Positions 48,671 to 57,776 of a stretch of 64,000 nt of DNA are shown piece by piece. Made by a program: the position numbers and the translations under genes. This DNA comes from Salinispira sp. (GTDB lineage Bacteria; Spirochaetota; Spirochaetia; DSM-27196; Salinispiraceae): the NCBI GenBank assembly GCA_965602015.1, contig OZ271918.1, positions 1,856,001-1,920,000 of the forward strand. Direction: 5' to 3'. The notes beneath the pieces are model-generated. The model was not told the DNA's origin and ran no database searches. It saw nothing but the letters and a program-made list of their open reading frames with translations. Position 1 is the stretch's first letter; every line of letters starts with the position of its first letter.

Positions 48671-50745
48671 TACACAGCGAAGAGGCGGAAATCCGCGGAT
48701 ATGACCCGGCGACGGTAAGACGCATTTTGAACTACATGAAGCCCTACTGGCTTCTTGTGGGATTAAGCATGCTTTTTATCCTCCTTTCCACCGGCGGTCA
48801 GCTCCTGCTTCCGGTGATTATTCAGCGCACTGTCGATGAGCACCTGAGGCCCGCCTGGCTCAGCGCCCCGGCATCGGATTTACCCGAGATTCTCGAGTTT
48901 GACCCGCGGATAGAACAGGAGTATCGGCGTCTGGGAGAACGGGTGTTCATCCCGGAAAACAGCGGCGGCCCCTGGTTCCGCTCGCGATATGAAAACATTG
49001 AACTGCACTTTCTCATAGACCTGGACGAAACGGAAATGAGCCAGGCACAGCTTGTCCGGCTGGCCGAAACAGAGGGTGTGACCATAATGAGCGGCAGCGT
49101 CGCGCTGTCCGAGCTTTCATATGCCGGGCTGGACAGCGAGCTCAAAAATCTTCTTCGGAGCGCTGATATCGATGGGGTGGGACAAAAGGCCATGCAGTAC
49201 CTGGGAGTCCTGGTGGTTGTTCTGGCAGCAAGCTTTTTGCAGATTTTCCTCATGGCGCTGGCAGGTCAAAACGTGATGAAGGACCTTCGAATGGACCTCT
49301 ATTCCCGCACGGTCAACCAGAATCTGCGATTCCTCCAGGACCAGCAGGTCGGTAAGCTGGTGACCCGGGTTTCCAGCGACGTGGAAACCATCAACGAGCT
49401 GTTTACCAATGTGCTCAGCGCCATCATTTCAGATGTGGTCATGATGATCGGGGTGGTCATCACCCTTTTTCTCCTCAATCCCCGATTAGCATTCTATTCC
49501 CTGGTAATCCTGCCGCCGGTTATCATTCTCATGCTGATTTTCCGGGTGAAGGCCCGGGATGCCTACCGGAAAGTGAGGAGCTGGGTGTCTTCGGTGAACG
49601 CATACATCTCCGAGCACCTTGCCGGCGTTTCCCTGGTGCAGGCCTTTGTTCAGGAAAAGCGGGTGAACAGCGAGTTCCGGTATAGGAACACCAAGCTGTA
49701 CAAGGCCAATGTGGGCGAGCTGTATGTGTTCACGGTTTTTCGGCCCCTGGTCGACTTATTGGCCATAGCTTCCGTCGCCATGATTATCTACTTCGGAGCT
49801 TCATCCCTCATCAGGGGTCTGGTGAGCCTCGGGGTTCTGATTGCCTTTATCAATCTTATTCAGCGCTTTTACCAGCCCGTGCAGGATATGGCGGAGAAAT
49901 TCACCCTCATTCAATCCGCAATGGCCGGAAGCGAACGGGTTTTCGCCCTATTGGATGAAGACCACCAGGAAGACAGGGAGGGCAAGAGTGAACCAGTCGC
50001 TTCCCAGGTCCGAGGCGATTTGCGTTTTGACAATGTGCGCTTTGCCTACAAGCAGGGCGAAGACGTTCTCAGGGATATCAGTTTTTCCTGCACCGCCGGA
50101 GAGCGCATTGCCCTCGTGGGCTATACAGGCTCGGGCAAAACCACAATCGCCAATGTATTGTCCCGCCTGTGGGAATACGATTCCGGCCGGATCAGCCTGG
50201 AAGGCACCGATATCCGGGATATACCTCTGGACAGCCTGCGGCAGATTATCCAGCCGATTCAGCAGGATGTTGCCCTTTTTCATATGAACGTCAGGGACAA
50301 CCTGCTTCTGGGCAACGAGCTGAACGACGAAGAAATATACGCGGTCCTCGACGAGGTCCAGGCGGGAGACTTTATCAGGCGATTGCCGAAGGGCCTGGAA
50401 ACCATAGTTGCGGAAAACTCCGGGAATTTCTCCGCAGGTCAGCTCCAGCTCCTGTCATTTGCCCGGCTATTAATCCAGAACCCGAGGATAATCATTATGG
50501 ACGAGGCCACGGCGAACATCGATACCGACACCGAGCAAAAAATCCAGGCGGCGATGCAGCGTATTATGGAGGGCAGAACTTCAATCGTTATCGCCCACCG
50601 GCTGTCGACAATCAAGGATGCCGACAGGATTCTGGTGCTCAATCGGGGAAAGGTTGTGGAGTCGGGAAACCACGAAGAACTCCTGGAGAAACGAGGGCTG
50701 TATCATGCCCTGCAGGAAATACAGTTTAACCGTATGGGAGCCTAG
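48667..50745 (+). CDS. Heterodimeric ABC exporter subunit 2 (TMD plus NBD)
   Basis: GKLVTRV, GYTGSGKT, FSAGQ, DEATANID, IAHRLST. Confidence 0.92.
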   Translation: MIHSEEAEIRGYDPATVRRILNYMKPYWLLVGLSMLFILLSTGGQLLLPVIIQRTVDEHLRPAWLSAPASDLPEILEFDPRIEQEYRRLGERVFIPENSGGPWFRSRYENIELHFLIDLDETEMSQAQLVRLAETEGVTIMSGSVALSELSYAGLDSELKNLLRSADIDGVGQKAMQYLGVLVVVLAASFLQIFLMALAGQNVMKDLRMDLYSRTVNQNLRFLQDQQVGKLVTRVSSDVETINELFTNVLSAIISDVVMMIGVVITLFLLNPRLAFYSLVILPPVIILMLIFRVKARDAYRKVRSWVSSVNAYISEHLAGVSLVQAFVQEKRVNSEFRYRNTKLYKANVGELYVFTVFRPLVDLLAIASVAMIIYFGASSLIRGLVSLGVLIAFINLIQRFYQPVQDMAEKFTLIQSAMAGSERVFALLDEDHQEDREGKSEPVASQVRGDLRFDNVRFAYKQGEDVLRDISFSCTAGERIALVGYTGSGKTTIANVLSRLWEYDSGRISLEGTDIRDIPLDSLRQIIQPIQQDVALFHMNVRDNLLLGNELNDEEIYAVLDEVQAGDFIRRLPKGLETIVAENSGNFSAGQLQLLSFARLLIQNPRIIIMDEATANIDTDTEQKIQAAMQRIMEGRTSIVIAHRLSTIKDADRILVLNRGKVVESGNHEELLEKRGLYHALQEIQFNRMGA

Positions 50746-51656
50746 CTCTCGACCCGAAGGGGTACGGGCTCCCAGACGTTTTTTTCTCTCAGGAATCTCA
50801 GAGACTCCGAGGAGAACTCCCGCCGAATACCGTCCCGGTCGCTGGCGTAGACTTTTTTATTGAGTATGTTAACCTCGAAAATTCGAAGGCGCGAATCGCC
50901 TTCATTGATCCATTGGCCTTCCCGGGGCAAACCCCGCTGCTCGTTCTGGTAGGTCTCGTATTCGAATGCCAGGCAGCACAGCAAACGACCGCAGGGGCCG
51001 GAGATTTTTTGGGAATTAAGGCTGAGCTTTTGAACCTTCGCCATTTTAATGGAAACCGGTTCAAGATTATGGCTCACAGCGGAACAGCATAATGATCGGC
51101 CGCACACTCCCCGGCCTCCTATCATCCGCGATTCGTCGCGCACCCCGATCTGTCGAAGCTCAATTCTGGCCCTGAAATGGCTGACCAGATCTCGAACGAG
51201 ACCGCGGAAATCCACCCGTTTTTCGCTGGTGAAGAAAAAGACGATGCGGCTTTCTCGGAGAACGAAGTGCACCTTGACCAGCTTCATGTTCAGCCCGTGC
51301 TGTTCGATTAGCTCCCGCGAAATAGTCAGGGCTTCGTTCGCCTTTTCCCGGTTTACCCGGTACTCTTCAAGATCCTGGGGCGCAGCCTTGCCCTCGGGCA
51401 CCACGAGGGAAACATCATCGCTGTTGTTATCCTTGGACGGCAAAAGGCATCCGAGGCAATCACCGCTGGTTCCCGTCAGCCTGGCAAGATCCAGTCCGAA
51501 CTTTGTCGGAACTATTACATGATCACCGATGTCGAGTCCGAGATCGGCATTTATTTCTCCGAAAAGAATTTCCTTGGTATCGAGAACGGAAAAAACCCAA
51601 TACTCCCCGGTGTTTTGATTGGCAGCGGCCGTACAGGCCGGTGAATTTTGCGACAT
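50742..51656 (-). CDS. ricT: PSP1 domain protein RicT/YaaT
   Basis: RVDFRGLV, RIELRQIGVRDE, GVCGRSLCC, KISGPCGRLLCCL. Confidence 0.92.
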   Translation of the reverse strand: MSQNSPACTAAANQNTGEYWVFSVLDTKEILFGEINADLGLDIGDHVIVPTKFGLDLARLTGTSGDCLGCLLPSKDNNSDDVSLVVPEGKAAPQDLEEYRVNREKANEALTISRELIEQHGLNMKLVKVHFVLRESRIVFFFTSEKRVDFRGLVRDLVSHFRARIELRQIGVRDESRMIGGRGVCGRSLCCSAVSHNLEPVSIKMAKVQKLSLNSQKISGPCGRLLCCLAFEYETYQNEQRGLPREGQWINEGDSRLRIFEVNILNKKVYASDRDGIRREFSSESLRFLREKNVWEPVPLRVES

Positions 51657-51765
51657 ATATGTTCTCCCGAATGGGCTTATCTTTTTATTACTCTCATACT
51701 ACCCCATCGGGAGGAAAAATTAAAGGTATTTTGATTACTATTATTTTTGGACTTTTATTACTATA

Positions 51766-52911
51766 TTACTCAGGAATTACCTCTGTCAGCACAGCGCCGA
51801 TGTACCGAAGGGGAATCTCCCAGAGCAGGATTGATACGCCGAACTCAGTCAGGGACTGTCCCTCAAGGGCTTCGAGCATCGGTTCCAGGGGCCCCCTGCC
51901 TTCCCGGGCCAAAGCAACAACATCGGCTTCCAGGGCTCCCCGCAAAAAGCCTTCAAATCCCCAGGCCTCCCCTGCGCTGTAGCTGGTTCCCACGAGAGCC
52001 ACGGGAACCCGCGGCGTATCGAACAAGCCGAATTGCGGCGATTCCACCGTGTAATGCTCCCACTGACTAATGCGGTCCTCCCTGGGTAAGGACCGGGAAA
52101 AAACTCCGATCTTCGGCGAGCTGTCCGGCAGAAACTCGAACAGGTCGCCCCGGTAATAACCAGTGCTTATCCTTCGGGATGCGAATTGTCCCCGGGGAAT
52201 ACCGTCCAACAGCCTGCTATAGTCCAGGTGCCGGCGTATTTCTTCCGCCGCAATTCGGGCGCCCTCAGGGGTCCAGTGAGTGTCGGTCCGCAAATACAGA
52301 GCATGCCGGGAGCGCTCCCGAAGGTATACCGTCCTGAGATCCAGCGCATGAATCCCCGATTGCTTCATATGGTTGAGAAAATTTTCATAGGCGGACTGTA
52401 GCTGCGAATCTATGGGCACGGAGAGTTGGGCATTGTAGATGGTGTTTTTTGCGGGAACCGGAACGATTACCAGCTCAATATCACGTTCTGCCAGCCGCCG
52501 CTGAATTTCGGGGATGGAACGAAGCAGTTCCCCGGCGCCCTCCGGCGCCTGGCGCCATTCCTCGGCAGTGTACAGCCATCCTCCCTCGCCAATAAGCACT
52601 CCATCGGCGCCCTCACCGGTGATCAAAAACCGGGATGCATTCCACAGCGATATTAGTCCCTTCCTCAGAGGCAGAGCCGCTTCAAATTCCTGCTCAAAAC
52701 GAAGAGCCCACCCCCCACTGACAAACTGGTCAAATGACCGGGGTCGGGGAAGGTGCATGGTGAACAGGGAAAAGCCGCCGGCAAAGAGAATAATCACCGA
52801 AAAAAGAAGAATGTAGAGCCCGGTTAAATGGCGCTTGGTCCTAGATGTCCTGCGCATGCTATTATCACCATGACCGGCATGTAAAACCTGTTTTTTAACT
52901 CTATTATCCAC
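51766..52911 (-). CDS. algJ: AlgJ/AlgX-family SGNH-like O-acetyltransferase
   Basis: GEGGWLY, VPAK, YLRTDTHWTPEG, LVGTSYS, WEIP.RY. Confidence 0.85.
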   Translation of the reverse strand: MDNRVKKQVLHAGHGDNSMRRTSRTKRHLTGLYILLFSVIILFAGGFSLFTMHLPRPRSFDQFVSGGWALRFEQEFEAALPLRKGLISLWNASRFLITGEGADGVLIGEGGWLYTAEEWRQAPEGAGELLRSIPEIQRRLAERDIELVIVPVPAKNTIYNAQLSVPIDSQLQSAYENFLNHMKQSGIHALDLRTVYLRERSRHALYLRTDTHWTPEGARIAAEEIRRHLDYSRLLDGIPRGQFASRRISTGYYRGDLFEFLPDSSPKIGVFSRSLPREDRISQWEHYTVESPQFGLFDTPRVPVALVGTSYSAGEAWGFEGFLRGALEADVVALAREGRGPLEPMLEALEGQSLTEFGVSILLWEIPLRYIGAVLTEVIPE

Positions 52912-52926
52912 GGACCTATCTCCCGA

Positions 52927-54450
52927 TCAGAATTGAAAATACAGAAACGGCGAATAGCTGTCAGCAAGTAACTTCACCACTGCCAGGATAAAAAAGCCCA
53001 GGGCAGCTCCACCGGTGATGATTTTGCCTTCGAGCCGGTGTAACCATGCTGCGCGCGTCCGTGATGCCTGCATCGAGCGAAACCATCGAACAAGCGCCGG
53101 TTCGGCAATGACAAAACTCAGGGCCAGGAAGAAAACAATTCGCTCCCCGACTCCGAATTGCCAGGCATAGGCATCGGACAGGGTCAGGCCATTGGCTCCG
53201 AAAAGCCCCCAAATCATTCCCAAGGCTGATGCCGCATCGGGCGATCTGAAAAACACCCAACCGATTGCTACAAACACCAGGGTTATGATGCGGTACAACC
53301 AGAATCCCGGCATCCGGGAAACGAGACGCCGGCGCAGCCGGAGCTGCTGATCATCGCTCCTCTCCGCCAGGAGAAGCAGGCCGTGCCATGCGCCCCACAA
53401 TAGAAACGTCCAGTTCGCCCCGTGCCAGAGACCCCCAAGCAGCATTACCACAAAGAGATTTACCCTGGTGCGCCACGGTGAAACTCGATTACCCCCCAGG
53501 GGAATGTATAAATAATCCCTCAACCAGGTTGAAAGGCTGATATGCCAGCGCTGCCAGAACTCGGTAATGCTTGCCGAGTGATAGGGCTGACGGAAATTTT
53601 CCCGAAAGCGGAAACCGAGCATGAGGCCCAGACCTATCGCCATGTCGGAATACGCCGCAAAGTCCAAATACAGCTGCAGGGAATATGCCAGCACCCCTAT
53701 CCAGGCATCGGCGGCGTGGGGATGTGCCAGGGCAAAGCTTCCGCTGACCAATGCGGCAAGGCTGTCAGCCAGAATAATTTTCTTCGCGAAGCCAAACATA
53801 AATCGCCGCAAACCCCGTGCGAGGCGGCCGGGTGAACGGTGGGGCTCTGTCAATTGATCTGCAATATCCTTGTACCGGACAATGGGCCCGGCAATCAGCT
53901 GGGGAAACAGGGCGATGTAGGCGGACAACTCCATAAAGTTCTTCGCGCTTCTGGCGTCTCCCCGGTACACATCAATGCTGTAACTCATGGCCTGAAAAAC
54001 ATAAAAGGATATGCCCACAGGGAGTATGACCGCGGTCCACGGCAGGGCCGGCAGAGATGCCCGCTCAAGCAGGCTGTTAAAGGATTCCACCCCGAAATTC
54101 GCGTATTTGAAATACCCAAGAATGGACAGGTTTACCACAACGCTTGTAACCACAATAAAACGCTTTGAGGAAACCACAGCCCTAAGCCTGTGACAGAATG
54201 AATCGAAGCTGCCGGTGTCGGACCCGTGCTCTCTTCCGCCGTCGGGAACTCGGTCCATAAGCAAACCGGCGAAATAATTGATGGCGCTGACAAAAATGAG
54301 CAGAAAAAGAAAATCTATCCGCCAGAATGCATAAAACAGCCAGCTGCCAAAAAGAATCCACGGTATGAGCATGGTTTTTTTTATTGGGTAGTACACCAGC
54401 ATAAACAGAGGAAGAAAAAGGAATAAAAAAAGTGGGGAACTAAAAACCAT
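52927..54450 (-). CDS. algI: MBOAT O-acyltransferase (AlgI/PatA-like)
   Basis: MVFSS..FLF.FLP, LPVGISFY, FPQLIAGPIVR, FWQRWHISLS, GLWHGA, FLYFQF. Confidence 0.9.
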   Translation of the reverse strand: MVFSSPLFLFLFLPLFMLVYYPIKKTMLIPWILFGSWLFYAFWRIDFLFLLIFVSAINYFAGLLMDRVPDGGREHGSDTGSFDSFCHRLRAVVSSKRFIVVTSVVVNLSILGYFKYANFGVESFNSLLERASLPALPWTAVILPVGISFYVFQAMSYSIDVYRGDARSAKNFMELSAYIALFPQLIAGPIVRYKDIADQLTEPHRSPGRLARGLRRFMFGFAKKIILADSLAALVSGSFALAHPHAADAWIGVLAYSLQLYLDFAAYSDMAIGLGLMLGFRFRENFRQPYHSASITEFWQRWHISLSTWLRDYLYIPLGGNRVSPWRTRVNLFVVMLLGGLWHGANWTFLLWGAWHGLLLLAERSDDQQLRLRRRLVSRMPGFWLYRIITLVFVAIGWVFFRSPDAASALGMIWGLFGANGLTLSDAYAWQFGVGERIVFFLALSFVIAEPALVRWFRSMQASRTRAAWLHRLEGKIITGGAALGFFILAVVKLLADSYSPFLYFQF

Positions 54451-54452
54451 GG

Positions 54453-55136
54453 TTAGGGTTGTTGGATTTCCGCTCTGCGAAGGCTGGGAATAAGCGTTCC
54501 GTCTTCCGAATCCCGCAGAGCTATGGCAATGCTGTCTCCCCTGCTCATGGCCGGGTCGAAGGCTTCGCTGATGCGGCGGCCATCCTGAGAAAATATCGCT
54601 AGTTCGACGGAAACCGGATTGACCGAAACGAAGGAAGACCGACCCGCATCGATGTCAGAAATAAGCGTCTGATTACCGTCGGCGGTCCGCAGGGACAGCT
54701 TTTGCTGGTAAGACCCCGAATAGACGTAAAGCTGACAGCGAATCGGATCGTTGTGGGCCTGGTCTTCAAGAATCTCAAGAGAATCGTCAAAAAGCAGGAT
54801 GCTGTATACTGTGCCCTGCTGAGGAAGGAACTCGGTGTTTTCACCATGGTGACGCAAAATAAACACATCGGCCGGAATGGGGTAATAGGTGCTGATGTCA
54901 CCAGGGGCATCGAGGGAAATGCGATTGGCACCGAGACGCAAACTCACGCTGTCCTGGCTCCGGAGATTTATCAGGCGCACCAGAATGGCCGAATCGTCGA
55001 GGCTCAAACCGTACAGCGATGCGCTTTGGGCAGATAGCGAAAAAGCGGTGAACAGCAGCAGCATCAGCACCATCAACACCCTTGGGGAATATCTCGTAGA
55101 GCAGGAGCAATGCGGTAAGGACTCAGGTTCGAACAT
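54453..55136 (-). CDS. algF: AlgF-like exported O-acetylation accessory protein
   Basis: Signal peptide then SLYG....SAILVRLIN (resembles AlgF LY...P..SAFVR); first gene of the MBOAT-AlgJ operon. Confidence 0.6.
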   Translation of the reverse strand: MFEPESLPHCSCSTRYSPRVLMVLMLLLFTAFSLSAQSASLYGLSLDDSAILVRLINLRSQDSVSLRLGANRISLDAPGDISTYYPIPADVFILRHHGENTEFLPQQGTVYSILLFDDSLEILEDQAHNDPIRCQLYVYSGSYQQKLSLRTADGNQTLISDIDAGRSSFVSVNPVSVELAIFSQDGRRISEAFDPAMSRGDSIAIALRDSEDGTLIPSLRRAEIQQP

Positions 55137-55143
55137 AGGGGCA

Positions 55144-55172
55144 ATACTATCACAGGGTATAAATGGTTTGAA
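55144..55172 (-). promoter_or_regulatory. Putative promoter of algF-algI-algJ
   Basis: Minus strand TTCAAA-17 nt-TAGTAT with TG extension, 7 nt before ATG. Confidence 0.55.
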
Positions 55173-55178
55173 GTAGAA

Positions 55179-55199
55179 AGTGCCCCCAAAACAGCTGAT
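55179..55199 (+). repeat. Left terminal inverted repeat
   Basis: AGTGCCCCCAAAACAGCTGAT. Confidence 0.9.
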
Positions 55200-55208
55200 T
55201 TCCGCCCC

Positions 55209-56342
55209 TCAGGCCACCGCATAACCGGGTAGGTCGATCTTCAACGCACTCACCGGCGTCTTCCAGATCCGGTGCCAGGTCTTCCATTGGCTGATGTCCA
55301 GCACCAGATGATGAACGAATGCCCGCTGTGTAAACATCCTTTTTGCCAACGTGAGTACCCGCCTTCGGTCAAACCCCGCAACCTCACCATGGCTGATATC
55401 GTTTCTTCCGTTTATCCGATACGGCTTGAGCAGGTTATGATAGGCGATGTAAATCATCATCCGCTCCATGCTGTTGTTCACCGATTTTGACCACTGGACA
55501 CTCTGGCGGACATGACAGGATTGATCCTTTCGTATCTCCCGGTCCAGGTAATTCACCGGAAACAGGGGGTTTTCAGTGGTCCTGACAACCCTCGATGAGG
55601 TTCGGTGATGGATAACCCGCCCTGCATTTTCCAACGCCGCCCAGTCCCGATGAGCGCACAGCTCACGGCGGTATTCGAGTTTTTCATCGCTCAAGAGATA
55701 GCATGGCCTCTTCGATGAATAAGCCTTCCACCGGGGAAGAATGGTGTTTATCACATCCCGGAAAGATCGCGCAATTTGTCCCCCTGCAATAGGATACCGG
55801 CGATTGAGCTCATCGCGCCGGCGCTTTTGCGCGGGGGTCATCCGCCCTTTGCGCCGCATCTGCGCATAGTCGCACGCATAGACAACCTGGCTGTCGGAAC
55901 CCACCGCGAGAGTGAAGTTGTTCGGCCAGTATTGGCTATATACAAAGCTTTCAAACCCATCAACGGCAATATCCTCATCGATTGTATGATCATTCAATAA
56001 CTGGGCCATGGCAGCGATCGCCTGACGGGACAGGCGGCTCAGCCGATTGAGAATGACCTTGTCGGTGACATAAAACTCCCGGGCAATGTCGCGGATGCCG
56101 GAAGCCGAGTTGATTGAAGAGAAGATGCGCCGGTAATCGAGGCGATGATGTGCGCGATAATCGAGGTGAAACGCGCTTTCGCAGAAGTATCGACGGCAAT
56201 GCTTACAGCGATAGCGCTGGGAAGAACCGAGGCGGCGGCAGTGATAGTGGCCGTTTCGGACAAACCAGCATCGGCTTGATTCTCTGTCGCGATGATGCTG
56301 AGAACAGTCCGAGTACGGACAGAAACGGGGGTGAAATGCCAT
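55209..56342 (-). CDS. Divergent IS1-like transposase (Zn ribbon, HTH, RNase H-like domain)
   Basis: FCPYSDC...RNG...QRYRCKHCRRYF InsA-type zinc ribbon; GIRDIAREFYV HTH; IAVDGFE, LLSDEK acidic motifs; RBS AGGAG. Confidence 0.78.
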   Translation of the reverse strand: MAFHPRFCPYSDCSQHHRDRESSRCWFVRNGHYHCRRLGSSQRYRCKHCRRYFCESAFHLDYRAHHRLDYRRIFSSINSASGIRDIAREFYVTDKVILNRLSRLSRQAIAAMAQLLNDHTIDEDIAVDGFESFVYSQYWPNNFTLAVGSDSQVVYACDYAQMRRKGRMTPAQKRRRDELNRRYPIAGGQIARSFRDVINTILPRWKAYSSKRPCYLLSDEKLEYRRELCAHRDWAALENAGRVIHHRTSSRVVRTTENPLFPVNYLDREIRKDQSCHVRQSVQWSKSVNNSMERMMIYIAYHNLLKPYRINGRNDISHGEVAGFDRRRVLTLAKRMFTQRAFVHHLVLDISQWKTWHRIWKTPVSALKIDLPGYAVA

Positions 56343-56408
56343 GGTAATCTCCTATGAACTGGTAATCGTGTCATAGAAGACTACTGGCAAAAGAGTTATG
56401 TTGATTCG

Positions 56409-56429
56409 ATCAGCTGTTTTGGGGGCACT
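56409..56429 (-). repeat. Right terminal inverted repeat
   Basis: ATCAGCTGTTTTGGGGGCACT on the plus strand. Confidence 0.9.
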
Positions 56430-56438
56430 ACTAAATTA

Positions 56439-56467
56439 TTGTAAACCCCGTTGAGTTCTGATAGTGT
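56439..56467 (+). promoter_or_regulatory. Putative promoter of the tandem esterase genes
   Basis: TTGTAA-17 nt-TAGTGT with TG extension, 9 nt before ATG 56477. Confidence 0.5.
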
Positions 56468-56476
56468 CTCATTACT

Positions 56477-57709
56477 ATGCCAATTTTTCCCATCCGATTA
56501 CCGGTTTACCTTGCACTCGCCCTTGCTTGTTTGAGTCCGGCGCTCAGCGCCATGCCTGGAGATATTATATCTTTGGAATTCGAACGGAGTTTCACCCCGG
56601 CCCAGACGGAAAATTTCATTTCCACCCTGTATGACGGATACAAAACGCCTGAAGCACTGTACCCGGTAGACGTATATCAGCTCGTTTTCGAAAGCACCTA
56701 TCCCGACGGTTCTCCCGCCCGGGCATTCGCTCAGGTTTTTCTGCCCCGCTTCGGCAATGAAGAACGGGATTTTCGGGGCTTATATGTCTTTGCTCCGGGT
56801 TCTACCGGACTTCTGGACAACTGCCGGGCATCCAGGGAACACGAGGCGGGAATCAGGTGGGGACTGTACCGGGCCCACGTGCTCAGCCACGCCGCCCGAG
56901 GAACTATAGCCATTCAACCCGACTATCTGGGGTTTCGCGATCCTGAGAGGTATCAATACTACATGGTCGCCGAAGCAGAGGCGGCGGTGTTGCTGGACAG
57001 CATACGAGCGATGAAAAAAGTATTTATGCGCACCGACTACCGCTATGTGAGCGAGACTGTCAATTTCGCCGGGGGTTTCAGCCAGGGTGGCCATGCTATT
57101 CTCGCTGCCGCGGATTTTCGAAGCCGTTATGCCCCTGAACTGGAATTAACCGGCGTCGTGGGATTCGGTGCCACCGCCAATCCTCTCCAGCTTATGCTGG
57201 AGTACCCGGGAGTTGCGCCGATGATTGTGTACACCTACTGGCAACTCTACGGCAGGGACAGGGTGGATCCCTGGCGGATACTCAGACCGGAGTATGCGGA
57301 CTTCCTGGAAGACGATGTCCTCAGCCAGTGCGTGGGAGGTATGCAGTCATACTACCCTCATGACCCGGAGGACCTGTACACCCCCGAGTTTTACCGCGCC
57401 TTGCGAAACGGAAGTGTGGAATCCGAGTACCCCGAACTTGCCCGGGTTATGGCGGATAATACTGTCGGGTATCGAAGCTACGGAACAGATATTCTCCTCA
57501 TGCAGGGGGGGAACGACATCGTAATTTTCCCAGATACCCAGAGGGCATTTCTCGACAGTCTGCAGCAGCGGGGGCTGGAGGCGGAAATGATTTTTTATCC
57601 TTCCGCCCGTCATGACACCCGACAGATTTCCTATAATCAATTCCGTCAGTGGATGGACGGGCATATTCAGACAAAAAAAGACGTTGAAAGCACCGGCGTA
57701 GCCCGGTGA
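56477..57709 (+). CDS. Secreted alpha/beta hydrolase (secretory lipase LIP-like)
   Basis: Signal peptide; PDYLG, GFSQGG nucleophile, QGGND, ARHD. Confidence 0.85.
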   Translation: MPIFPIRLPVYLALALACLSPALSAMPGDIISLEFERSFTPAQTENFISTLYDGYKTPEALYPVDVYQLVFESTYPDGSPARAFAQVFLPRFGNEERDFRGLYVFAPGSTGLLDNCRASREHEAGIRWGLYRAHVLSHAARGTIAIQPDYLGFRDPERYQYYMVAEAEAAVLLDSIRAMKKVFMRTDYRYVSETVNFAGGFSQGGHAILAAADFRSRYAPELELTGVVGFGATANPLQLMLEYPGVAPMIVYTYWQLYGRDRVDPWRILRPEYADFLEDDVLSQCVGGMQSYYPHDPEDLYTPEFYRALRNGSVESEYPELARVMADNTVGYRSYGTDILLMQGGNDIVIFPDTQRAFLDSLQQRGLEAEMIFYPSARHDTRQISYNQFRQWMDGHIQTKKDVESTGVAR

Positions 57710-57776
57710 ACGGGAACCATCCCGACAGATAGTAACATATGCGGCGGATGCGCCGTAGATTTATGGAGGAACTACC

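Larger units (their letters stand above)
55179..56429. mobile_element. Insertion sequence, 1251 bp, with perfect 21-bp terminal inverted repeats
   Basis: AGTGCCCCCAAAACAGCTGAT (55179-55199) and its exact reverse complement (56409-56429) tightly enclosing one transposase-like ORF. Confidence 0.85.

Noticed and set aside
46925..50745. Non-consensus Walker B and signature motifs in the ABC pair
   Set aside because: One degenerate site is normal for heterodimeric exporters.
55170..56440. Target-site duplication around the IS
   Set aside because: The flanks (GTAGAA | ACTAAA) do not match; a TA duplication would need asymmetric ends, so it is not claimed.
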